This document shows positions 12,194-25,770 of a stretch of DNA of 64,000 bases, one piece after another. This DNA is from Macrostomum lignano (taxonomy: Eukaryota): assembly GCA_002269645.1 (NCBI GenBank), contig NIVC01002271.1:62001-126000 (forward strand), written 5' to 3'. Positions within the stretch are counted from its first letter, which is position 1. The number at the start of each line of letters is the position of its first letter. Position numbers and translations under genes: made by a program. A model generated the notes under the pieces. That model was not told where the DNA came from, searched no databases, and saw only the letters and a list, made by a program, of their open reading frames with translations.

Positions 12194-15100
12194 AATTTAC
12201 CGGTGTTCACCCACCCACGCATTCCAGGAAAGCGCGGCAGGGGAAGAGCCAGCCGCAGAGGATGACGATCTGTTATTCTCGTCCAATCGCAATCTGGCCC
12301 GCCTGTCAGGCGATCCCCGTCTCGGCAGCTCAGACGACGTCTTCCTTGACGTTGGCACTAACGAAGGTGTCAACAATGCCGATTCAGATGGAGACGCGGC
12401 AGATGAAAACGATGATGAGGCGGATCAGCTGCTGCAGCCGCCTGGCACGCCACCGCCCGTGTCTCTGTCGGCTGTCGGCAGCGGCGGCAGTGGCGCCTCC
12501 GGTGATGTGGTTGTTCGCTTTGAGCTGCTTCGAGATGCCGACGAGGAAGTCGACTCCGACGATCAAAGTAGCAGCGTCAAAGAGTCCACGGCGTGCTTTG
12601 CCGATTTTCCTTCTAATATTGGACAGGTGAGAGAGGCAGCTTGTTGCCATGTGGTATAGGGTATTCGGCTGCGTATTTTGGGATATGTCTGATGGATGGG
12701 GATTTGGGATTGGGATCATGGATGTCTCATAAATGGGGATTCGGAATTGGGATCATGGAGGATGGGATTCGGGATTCGGATCATGGATGTCTCATGGATG
12801 GGATTTGGGATTGGGATCATGGATGTCTCATGGATGAGATTCGGGATTGGGATCATAGATGTCTCAGGGATGAGATTGGGATCATAGATGTCTCAGGGCT
12901 GAGATTCGGATCATAGATGTCTCAGGGATGAGATTCAGATCATAGATGTCTCAGGGCTGAGATTGGGATCATAGATGTCTCAGGGATGAGATTCGGATTA
13001 TAGATGTCTCAGGGATGAGATTGGGATCATAGATGTCTCAGGGATGAGATTCGGATCATAGATGTCTCATGACTGAGATTGGGATCATAGTTGTCTCAGG
13101 GATGAGATTGGGATCATAGATGTCTCAGGGATGAGATTGGGATCATAGATGTCTCAGGGATGAGATTGGGATCATAGATGTCTCAGGGCTGAGATTCGGA
13201 TCATAGATGTCTCAGGGCTGAGATTGGGATCATAGATGTCTCAGGGCTGAGATTGGGATCATAGATGTCTCAGGGCTGAGATTGGGATTATAGATGTCTC
13301 AGGGATGAGATTGGGATCATAGATGTCTCAGGGCTGAGATTGGGATTATAGATGTCTCAGGGATGAGATTGGGATCATAGATGTCTCAGGGATGAGATTG
13401 GGATCATAGATGTCTCAGGGATGAGATTGGGATCATAGATGTCTCAGGGATGAGATTGGGATCATAGATGTCTCAGGGATGAGATTGGGATTATAGATGT
13501 CTCAGGGATGAGATTGGGATTATAGATGTCTCAGGGATGAGATTGGGATCATAGATGTCTCAGGGATGAGATTGGGATTATAGATGTCTCAGGGATGAGA
13601 TTGGGATCATAGATGTCTCAGGGATGAGATTGGGATTATAGATGTCTCAGGGATGAGATTGGGATCATAGATGTCTCAGGGATGAGATTGGGATTATAGA
13701 TGTCTCAGGGATGAGATTCGGATCATAGATGTCTCAGGGATGAGATTCGGATCATAGATGTCTCAGGGATGAGATTCGGATCATAGATGTCTCATGACTG
13801 AGATTGGGATCATAGTTGTCTCAGGGATGAGATTGGGATCATAGATGTCTCAGGGATGAGATTGGGATCATAGATGTCTCAGGGATGAGATTGGGATCAT
13901 AGATATCTCAGGGATGAGATTGGGATCATAGATGTCTCAGGGCTGAGATTGGGATCATAGATATCTCAGGGATGAGATTAGGATCATAGATGTCTCAGGG
14001 ATAAGATTGGGATCATAGATGTCTCAGGGATAAGATTGGGATCATAGATGTCTCAGGGATGAGATTGGGACCATAGATGTCTCATAAGTGGGAATTCGGG
14101 ATTGGTTTTATTGTATCATTGGTATCATTGAAATTTGTGAAAATGTGAAAATCTATGCTATAAATAAAAAGTATGAAATGTTAAGCCGGTGCCTTTGCGT
14201 GCCTGGCCGGGCTTATCCCTCCACACGCACAGTGTTTCTGCCTGCCTGTCTGGAGCGTGTGAAACTAAAAACTGGGTTTGAGGGGGCGTCGCTTTCTGCT
14301 TTGGCTTTGGTGAAAGAAGAGGAGGGGGAGAGAGAGTGGAAGAGAGGCAAGACAGATTTGGTCTACCGAGATCGAGATCTATAGCGACTTGTACTAGTAT
14401 ATAATATGAATTTATGTATTTTTTATAATGTACTGCTACTGTTGCCGTCTCTACGTTATATTTGTTTATTTCTCTGAAAACTGCGGGCAGTATTGGTGAA
14501 CTTTTAGATTCAATTTATCAATTAGCTTTTAATGGTTGTTGTGTAATTATTAAGCATTTGCTTATTAACGATAATATTAGGCATCCTTTGGCTATTGGGT
14601 GTAAATCAAGCCACCGTAATTACAATATTTTCGAGGTAGAGTTTAAGAGTGACTCTCAGGTGATTCTCTGGCCAGCTTAAGAGTGACTCTCAGTCAGGTG
14701 ATTCTCTGGCCAGCTTAAGAGTGACTATCAGTCAGGTGATTCTCTGGCCAGCTTAAGAGTGACTCTCAGTCAGGTGATTCTCTGGCCAGCTTAAGAGTGA
14801 CTCTCAGTCAGGTGATTCTCTGGCCAGCTTAAGAGTGACTCTCAGTCAGGTGATTCTCTGTCCAGCTTAAGAGTGACTCTCAGTCAGGTGATTCTCTGGC
14901 CAGCTTAAGAGTGACTCTCAGGTGATTCTCTGGCCAGCTTAAGAGTGACTCTCAGTCAGGTGATTCTCTGTCCAGCTTAAGAGTGACTCTCAGGTGATTC
15001 TCTGGCCAGCTTAAGAGTGACTCTCAGTCAGGTGATTCTCAGGCTAGCTTAAGAGTGACTCTCAGTCAGGTGATTCTCTGGCCAGCTTAAGAGTGACTCT

Positions 15101-17724
15101 CAGTCAGGTGATTCTCTGGCCAGCTTAAGAGTGACTCTCAGTCAGGTGATTCTCTGTCCAGCTTAAGAGTGACTCTCAGGTGATTCTCTGGCCAGCTTAA
15201 GAGTGACTCTCAGTCAGGTGATTCTCTGGCCAGCTTAAGAGTGACTCTCAGTCAGGTGATTCTCTGGGCAGCTTAAGAGTGACTATCAGTCAGGTGATTC
15301 TCTGGCCAGCTTAAGAGTGACTCTCAGTCAGGTGATTCTCTGGCCAGCTTAAGAGTGACTCTCAGTCAGGTGATTCTCTGTCCAGCTTAAGAGTGACTAT
15401 CAGTCAGGTGATTCTCTGGCCAGCTTAAGAGTGACTCTCAGTCAGGTGATTCTCTGGCCAGCTTAAGAGTGACTCTCAGTCAGGTGATTCTCTGTCCAGC
15501 TTAAGAGTGACTCTCAGGTGATTCTCTGGCCAGCTTAAGAGTAACTCTCAGTCAGGTGATTCTCTGGCCAGCTTAAGAGTGACTCTCAGTCAGGTGATTC
15601 TCTGGCCAGCTTAAGAGTGACTCTCAGTCAGGTGATTCTCTGGCCAGCTTAAGAGTGACTCTCAGTCAGGTGATTCTCTGTCCAGCTTAAGAGTGACTCT
15701 CAGTCAGGTGATTCTCTGGCCAGCTTAAGAGTGACTCTCAGTCAGGTGATTCTCTGGCCAGCTTAAGAGTGACTCTCAGTCAGGTGATTCTCTGGCCAGC
15801 TTAAGAGTGACTCTCAGTCAGGTGATTCTCTGTCCAGCTTAAGAGTGACTCTCAGTCAGGTGATTCTCTGGCCAGCTTAAGAGTGACTCTCAGTCAGGTG
15901 ATTCTCTGTCCAGCTTAAGAGTGACTCTCAGTCAGGTGATTCTCTGGCCAGCTTAAGAGTGACTCTCAGTCAGGTGATTCTCTGGCCAGCTTAAGAGTAA
16001 CTCTCAGTCAGGTGATTATCTGGCCAGCTTAAGAGTGACTCTCAGTCAGGTGATTCTCTGGCCAGCTTAAGAGTGACTCTCAGGTGATTCTCTGTCCAGC
16101 TTAAGAGTGACTCTCAGTCAGGTGATTCTCTGTCCAGCTTAAGAGTGACTCTCAGGTGATTCTCTGGCCAGCTTAAGAGTGACTCTCAGTCAGGTGATTC
16201 TCTGGCCAGCTTAAGAGTGACTATTAGTCAGGTGATTCTCTGGCCAGCTTAAGAGTGACTCTCAGGTGATTCTCTGGCCAGCTTAAGAGTGACTCTCAGT
16301 CAGGTGATTCTCTGTCCAGCTTAAGAGTGACTCTCAGGTGATTCTCTGGCCAGCTTAAGAGTGACTCTCAGGTGATTCTCTGGCCAGCTTAAGAGTGACT
16401 CTCAGTCAGGTGATTCTCTGTCCAGCTTAAGAGTGACTCTCAGTCAGGTGATTCTCTGGCCAGCTTAAGAGTGACTCTCAGTCAGGTGATTCTCTGGCCA
16501 GCTTAAGAGTGACTCTCAGTCAGGTGATTCTCTGTCCAGCTTAAGAGTGACTCTCAGTCAGGTGATTCTCTGGCCAGCTTAAGAGTGACTCTCAGTCAGG
16601 TGATTCTCTGGCCAGCTTAAGAGTGACTATCAGTCAGGTGATTCTCTGGCCAGCTTAAGAGTGACTCTCAGTCAGGTGATTCTCTGGCCAGCTTAAGAGT
16701 GACTCTCAGTCAGGTGATTCTCTGGCCAGCTTAAGAGTGACTCTCAGTCAGGTGATTCTCTGTCCAGCTTAAGAGTGACTCTCAGTCAGGTGATTCTCTG
16801 GCCAGCTTAAGAGTGACTCTCAGGTGATTCTCTGGCCAGCTTAAGAGTGACTCTCAGTCAGGTGATTCTCTGGCCAGCTTAAGAGTGACTCTCAGGTGAT
16901 TCTCTGGCCAGCTTAAGAGTGACTCTCAGTCAGGTGATTCTCTGTCCAGCTTAAGAGTGACTCTCAGTCAGGTGATTCTCTGGCCAGCTTAAGAGTGACT
17001 CTCAGGTGATTCTCTGGCCAGCTTAAGAGTGACTCTCAGTCAGGTGATTCTCTGGCCAGCTTAAGAGTGACTCTCAGTCAGGTGATTCTCTGGCCAGCTT
17101 AAGAGTGACTCTCAGTCAGGTGATTCTCTGGCCAGCTTAAGAGTGACTCTCAGTCAGGTGATTCTCTGGGCAGCTTAAGAGTGACTCTCAGTCAGGTGAT
17201 TCTCTGGCCAGCTTAAGAGTGACTCTCAGTCAGGTGATTCTCTGGCCAGCTTAAGAGTGACTCTCAGTCAGGTGATTCTCTGGCCAGCTTAAGAGTGACT
17301 CTCAGTCAGGTGATTCTCTGGCCAGCTTAAGAGTGACTCTCAGTCAGGTGATTCTCTGGCCAGCTTAAGAGTGACTGTCAGCAGGGCGATTCTTCAATAA
17401 AGTTGAACTATAGAGTGAACATGTAAACTTTGAGCTTCAACCCCCTCCACCCGCTCTAATCAATGACTCAAGGTGAGCGATCTAAACAGCGCGGGTTCTG
17501 ACAGCTATCGCATTTTTCTACAACGTGAACCGGCCAGTTTGCCAACAATACCGGAGCACAGCGAGCTGGACATGGAGCTGGTGTACAGCGAGCACACAGC
17601 AGACGTTGACGGTGGCCAAGGCATCGACGAACTGATGGACCGTCCATTGGACGAGCTGCTGTACGGTGGTCATTTAGATTTAAGCCAGTCTGAATGTCTG
17701 GAGGATTCAACATCTTCGCTGTTT

Positions 17725-17755
<31 letters not shown>

Positions 17756-20700
17756 CATCTAGCAGTAATGGAGCAGTTTTTACTAGCGGCGGAGCCGGCT
17801 CAAGCGGCGAGTTGCGACCGCTGTGCCAGCAGCACAAATCCCGCAGCCGGTCACTGGCTAGGAGCAGTTGCGCTGAAGACGATCGATCCATTGGTTCCTC
17901 GTCTATTGGCTCGCTTCAACGGCAGGCTTCGTCGGCTTCTTCGGTTGATCAGCTGTTGTCCAGACGGCGGGCCAGATCCATGGAGAGTCTCAAAGCGTTG
18001 GCCGCGGCTCCGGCTTCGGGTTCAGCGGCTGAAGGCGGCTGCTGCAGCGGAGGCAGCTCCGACGATAGCGCAGTGGCGGGCAGTCATCATCAGCAGCAGG
18101 TTGGTCACAACAGAGAGTTGCTGACTCGCGATCAGCTGGCTGATCTGGTGCTGACTAAATCCGATCCGGAACTGTTTCTGGTTGCTAGTAGGCTGGAGCA
18201 TCGTCAAGCTGGCGTTAGCGACAATAGTAGCAGCGATGAAGCGGCAGAGGAGGAAGCTGAGCTAGAACCGTTAGTTGCCGCTGTAGTGTCTTGCGACAAT
18301 CTACACAATAGTTATGATAAGGATACTAATACTACTTGCAATAATAATATTAGTTCGTCTTCGTCGGTTGATTCCTCATCCGCATTTTCGTCAATGAAGT
18401 CTTTGTCGCCAATGTCTTTGTTAATACGCCGGCCAGCCTATCTATTGGCTTGTTTTAGCTTCGCTTTGCAATTCGCCTCTATGGTTAATAGTCTAGTCTA
18501 TCTGGCGCCTCTGTTGGCGTGGCAACGCGGCTTGGCTAGATACGATTGCGCAATGGCCGCAGCTGGTCTGGGCTTGTTGCCGGGCGGCACCGTGGCTGCC
18601 ATCTGTTTAGCCGTGCTGGCCGCCGAGTCTTGTAGATCTGGTGTCGAACAACAGCGGCGGCCGCAGCGACGCAGACGGAGAGCTAAGACAATCTTGATTG
18701 GCGACGTTGCCGCGGGTCTAGTCGGCGTTGTCGGCTCCGCGGTGTTAGCAGCGTCGGCTGGCTGGCTGAGTCGCGAAGGAGGCGTCGGAGCGTCGTTTCA
18801 CGGCGTCGCTTTTGCCGCTAGCGGAATCGGCTTCTGTCTGGGGCTGTTTGGTTCGGCCGGTCCCGCCGCTCTCATTCGATGTTGCCGTTTGCGACGCCTG
18901 CGCTGGAGGGATAAGGAGGCTGGATCGGGCCAGATGAAGCGCAAGCTGAGACGGGAAGATAAGGAGGAATTGTGGAGTATTGCTTTGGCTAGCGTGCTGT
19001 GCTGTTGGACTCTGTCTGGGCTAGCCTGTCTGCTGCTGGGCACAGGGAGCGGTGAGTTTAAACCGGTATAGGGGAGAGGGGGCTACGACTCTCACACTGC
19101 AGCCCCAGATTCTACTCCGTGCGCGGCTCTATTAATTAAGATCCCGGTTGATGGATAGGTGTGATACCTGGTCTATTAACTAAGATCCCTGTTGATGGAT
19201 AGGTGAGATACCTGGTCTATTAACTAAGATCCCTGTTGATGGATAGGTGAGATACCTGGTCTATTAATTAAGATCCCTGTTGATAGATGGTGTGATACCT
19301 GGTCTATTAATTAAGATCCCTGTTGATGGATAGGTGAGATACCTGGTCTATTAACTAAGATCCCTGTTGATGGATAGGTGAGATACCTGGTCTATTAATT
19401 AAGATCCCTGTTGATGGATAGGTGAGATACCTGGTCTATTAATTAAGATCCCTGTTGATGGATAGGTGTGATACCTGGTCTATTAACTAAGATCCCTGTT
19501 GATGGATAGGTGAGATATCTGGTCTATTAATTAAGATCCCTGTTGATGGATAGGTGTGATACCTGGTCTATTAACTAAGATCCCTGTTGATGGATAGGTG
19601 AGATACCTGGTCTATTAATTAAGATCCCTGTTGATGGATAGGTGAGATATCTGGTCTATTAATTAAGATCCCTGTTGATAGATAGGTGTGATACCTGGTC
19701 TATTAACTAAGATCCCTGTTGATGGATAGGTGAGATACCTGGTCTATTAATTAAGATCCCTGTTGATGGATAGGTGAGATATCTGGTCTATTAATTAAGA
19801 TCCCTGTTGATAGATAGGTGTGATACCTGGTCTATTAACTAAGATCCCTGTTGATGGATAGGTGAGATACCTGGTCTATTAATTAAGATCCCTTTTGATG
19901 GATAGGTGAGATATCTGGTCTACTAATTAAGATCCCTGTTGATGGATAGGTGAGATATCTGGTCTACTAATTAAGATCCCTGTTGATGGATAGGTGTGAT
20001 ATCTGGTCTACTAATTAAGATCCCTGTTGATGGATAGGTGAGATACCTGGTCTATTAACTAAGATCCCTGTGTTACTGGATAGGTGAGATACCTGGTCTA
20101 TTAACTAAGATCCCTGTGTTACTGGATAGGTGAGATACCTGGTCTAAAAATTAAGATCCCTGTTATAGATAAATGAGATTCCTCGTCTATTAATTAAAAT
20201 CCCTGTGTTACTGGTTAGGTGAGATACCTGGTGTATTAATTAAGATCCTTGTTAATAGATAGGTGAGATACCTGGTCTAAAAATTAAGATCCCTGTTATA
20301 GATAAATGAGATTCCTCGTCTATTAATTAAAATCCCTGTGTTACTGGTTAGGTGAGATACCTGGTGTATTAATTAAGATCCTTGTTAATAGATAGGTGAG
20401 ATACCTGGTCTAAAAATTAAGATCCCTGTTATAGATAAATGAGATTCCTCGTCTATTAATTAAAATCCCTGTGTTACTGGTTAGGTGAGATACCTGGTGT
20501 ATTAATTAAGATCCTTGTTAATATATAGGTGAGATACCTGGTCTAATAATTTGGATCCGTGTGTTGCTGGTTAGGTGAGAGATACCTGGTCTACTAATTA
20601 AGATCCCTGTGTTACTGGTTAGGTGAGATACCTAGTCTATTATTTAAAATCATTGTTTGAGTATTAGCGAGATACGTGGCCTAATATTTAAATTTCCATG

Positions 20701-20974
20701 TAATTTTTTAATTTAAAGATATTTTTTCATTTTAATTTTTCAACCAGCAATTTGGCTGCACAGCTCCGAAGTCAGCCTGTCTGTCAACTCTGTCCGATTG
20801 TCCTATTTGTTCTGGATCAACTGTTTAATCGCTTGCATAGCTGTCGCCTTGGCTACCGCATCCGCAATTGTATTGAACTGGAGCCGCTGTGTCAGAATGC
20901 TGCGCGGCCAGTTGACAACCCCAGCTATGGATAGAAGAGCGTCCTACTCTCTAGAGGAGATAACGGCATTGTAA
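10874..20974 (+). CDS. Divergent SLC16/monocarboxylate-transporter-like MFS protein, ~1080 aa; exons 10874-11911, 12228-12626, 17473-19051, 20748-20974
   Basis: All junctions GT-AG and phase-consistent (0,0,1), total 3243 nt, stop TAA. N-half shows MCT-like motifs (AGRLGPRCSLWLGG; LLCDWLSWKGACLATAGCLLNWLVAGALMLP); hydrophobic C-half follows a ~600-aa acidic/Ser/Gln loop. Confidence 0.8.
11920..12193. repeat. (TCTG)n microsatellite in intron 1 of the first SLC16 gene
   Basis: Directly visible; source of the LSVC ORFs. Confidence 0.95.
12680..14090. repeat. 28/29-bp tandem array (GGGATCATAGATGTCTCAGGGATGAGATT) with degenerate 5' edge
   Basis: Directly visible, in intron 2. Confidence 0.95.
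14645..17380. repeat. 38-bp tandem array (TTAAGAGTGACTCTCAGTCAGGTGATTCTCTGGCCAGC) with 34-bp variants, ~2.7 kb
   Basis: Directly visible, in intron 2; highly homogeneous with interspersed variants. Confidence 0.97.
19125..20660. repeat. 44-bp tandem array (CTGGTCTATTAATTAAGATCCCTGTTGATGGATAGGTGAGATAC), degenerating at the 3' end
   Basis: Period 44 measured between AAGATC at 19182 and 19226; in intron 3. Confidence 0.95.
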
Positions 20975-21049
20975 ATCAATTTGATCATTTCGGGTCTTTT
21001 ACTGTAAAACATTTCTCAGGTAAATTTGGCTGTGTATTGAATTTGCGTT

Positions 21050-21310
21050 ATTGTGTGACTTTTTAACGACTTAAATGAGTCTAATGAGGTGTAGAGGTGA
21101 CTGTTGCGTCACGTGACGTAAAAGAGTCGTAAAACAGTCTTCCAATAATCATTGTGTTGGCGCTTAACTTGCGCTTCAAACACTACTCAACTCAGTGATT
21201 CTTTAGCGACTTTTTTCGACGACTTGTACCGTGACATCTCGTCGTTATAGAGTCGATTCTTTCTTATTTTACCTGTGTCACCTGCAAAAACTCTGGGGCG
21301 CTACTAAACA
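21050..21310. mobile_element. Dispersed repeat family copy (related to 39148-39700 and 56150-56290), possibly MITE-like
   Basis: Shares GCGACTTTTTT..GTACCGTGACATCTCGT..AGAGTC..TATTTTACCTGTG with 39600-39690 and TTGTG(T/C)TGGCGCTTAACTT with 56260. Confidence 0.55.
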
Positions 21311-21919
21311 GAAGCGGAATTAGTAGTATAGTTAGTGCATGGATGGCAATTTATTGTCTTCCAGTAGTATAAAATTTGGCCATTCCCGGCCACTGATTTG
21401 CGATTGATGCAAAGCATTTTTGTATACTGTGGTCTGCCCATTCTGCAACTGAACTCATTGCTTATTCATTGTGCTAATAGGTGCGCACCTGCAAAGCACA
21501 TTATTATTTAAAGTACTATAAGCGCTAATAATATGGCTTTCCTCTTTCTTGTTATTAGAAGATTTTTTGTATATCTGCACTCAAAGCTCAATCTATTTAC
21601 TATTAATATGAATTTCTATATTGAATTATTAATTATTTTGTTCGTGTTTGATACTGTTTTCTTTAAATCAATTCGAATTCAATTAATATTTATCCAATGT
21701 ATAAATTCACAGTTTTTCTTTTCAATGACGCATTATTCTCATTCATTATTCGTTATACATTTCCTAATAGTAGATTGTAAAAACACGCTAGTTTATGCAG
21801 ATTCGCTATATTGCTAGCTTACTCACCTAGTTTTCGGTGTTTTGTATTCACCGCAGATCATGCTCACTGCTTGCTTTTTTATTAGATCCCCGATATTTGA
21901 CTTGTACCGCTTTCCTGTC

Positions 21920-23640
<1,721 letters not shown>

Positions 23641-24034
23641 AAAATAAATTTAGATGTTATACTGATCATTAGATATATATGAATTACCGAGACCAATTGA
23701 AATTCAAGGCCTAATTTTACTTAAATAGAGCCTATAATTTGCCTGTTACTATTAGTAACATACATAATCTTTCTACTAATTCGTTTTTCGGCGAAATTGT
23801 CAATCTCGCTGAGCGGCAGTACTGATACTCACATTATTCACAATTCTGTAAATTGTAATGCACGCATCCAGTTTTTGTAAAACACAGGCCAAAATGCTAC
23901 GGCTTTTTTCGCAGCAGTGTTTCTTTCTCTTGGTCCTTTTATTTTTTACACTTATTATATTCTGCTGTGCTAGGAAATGCGAATAGGACTTCGTTGTGTT
24001 AAGTTTCTGTAAGCTTTTCTATTGTAATTTCATA

Positions 24035-24960
24035 TTTTAGCTTCCAATACCTCAGGAGTGAGATTCATTAGCTTCCAATACCTCAGGAGTAAGATTAATT
24101 AGCTTGCAATGCTTCAGGAGTGAGATTCATTAGCTTCCAATACCTCAGAAGTGAGATTCATTAGCTTCCAATACCTCAGGAGTGAGATTCATTAGCTTCC
24201 AATACCTCAGAAGTGAGATTCATTAGCTTCCAATACCTCAGGAGTGAGATTCATTAGCTTCCAATACCTCAGGAGTGAGATTCATTAGCTCCCAATACTT
24301 CAGGAGTGAAATTCATTAGCTCCCAATACTTCAGGAGTGAAATTCATTAGCTCCCAATACTTCAGGAGTAAGATTAATTAGCTCCCAATACTTCAGGAGT
24401 AAGATTAATTAGCTTGCAATGCTTCAGGAGTGAGATTCATTAGCTTCCAATACCCCAGGAGTGAGATTCATTAGCTTCCAATACCCCAGGAGTGAGATTC
24501 ATTAGCTTCCAATACCCCAGGAGTGAGATTCATTAGCTTCCAATACCCCAGGGGTGAGATTCATTAGCTCCCAATACTTCAGGGGTGAGATTCATTAGCT
24601 TCAAATACTTCAGGGGTGAGATTCATTAGCTCCCAATACTTCAGGGGTGAGATTCATTAGCTCCCAATACTTCAGGGGTGAGATTCATTAGCTCCCAATA
24701 CTTCAGGGGTGAGATTCATTAGCTTCCAATACCCCAGGAGTGAGATTCATTAGCTTCCAATACCCCAGGGGTGAGATTCATTAGCTCCCAATACTTCAGG
24801 GGTGAGATTCATTAGCTTCAAATACTTCAGGGGTGAGATTCATTAGCTCCCAATACTTCAGGGGTGAGATTCATTAGCTCCCAATACTTCAGGGGTGAGA
24901 TTCATTAGCTCCCAATACTTCAGGGGTGAGATTCATTAGCTTCAAATACTTCAGGGGTGT
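24035..24960. repeat. 31-bp tandem array (GAGTGAGATTCATTAGCTTCCAATACCTCAG)
   Basis: Directly visible, intergenic. Confidence 0.95.
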
Positions 24961-25770
24961 GATTATCGAAGAATTATCCAATACATTTACTTTAAACTGT
25001 TTGATTTAGAAAAAAATTGCCGTCATTAAAACCTAAGTGATGGTTTGCAGTTTTTTTAATTATTAAGCAATTATTTCCAGTTTCAGAGCCAGTTTCAGCC
25101 AGTTGTAATTGTAGATAAAGCTATTATGCTTGCCGTCCACGTGGGTCAGGCGTGAGAATAGTTTTTTAGTGTCGCTTTTTCATTCGTCTCTTGACCTCTG
25201 CGTTTCATTATTATATTATAAGTTGTACTGTAGGGGCTGAGATTGCATTGTGAATTGGTTATTAACAATCACCGCGCATAGATAGATACAGAAGATAAGA
25301 ATAGAGCCAAATGACGTTGAGAACTTTAGCACTTATTCAGCTAGAAATGACAGTGTCATATGCAGTTCTACCGATTAACTTTTTTTGACCCCTAAATTTA
25401 CATTGAACTATCCAGGCCGCCACCCCTTTGTACAAATCTATTTCCTAGGCCTTGCAATTAGTCCAGTTGTTTTATTGGTTTTCTAAGCCTAGAAACTGGC
25501 TTATCTAGTTCAATAAGATAGTATTGAGGGGCCAGAAAGTTTAGGCCCCGTGCTGTCGCCGCTCAATGGGTTACTATACTTACAGAGAGCGATCGTTTAA
25601 CAACGCCTGACCAATGAATGAGAGGTGAGGCAGAGCTTAGAAGACACTGTTTATGTATATATTGAAAATCGAATTTCTATTGCTGACATTTCTAATTGAT
25701 CTATTATTAAAAGCAATTCCATTTTAAACTGCATGCCAAAGCTGACTTATCTTGGCCAAACCGATATGCC

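Noticed and set aside
14645-20660. Regular 38-44-bp repeats as CRISPR arrays
   Set aside because: Units are head-to-tail with no unique spacers, there are no cas genes, and the context is eukaryotic introns.
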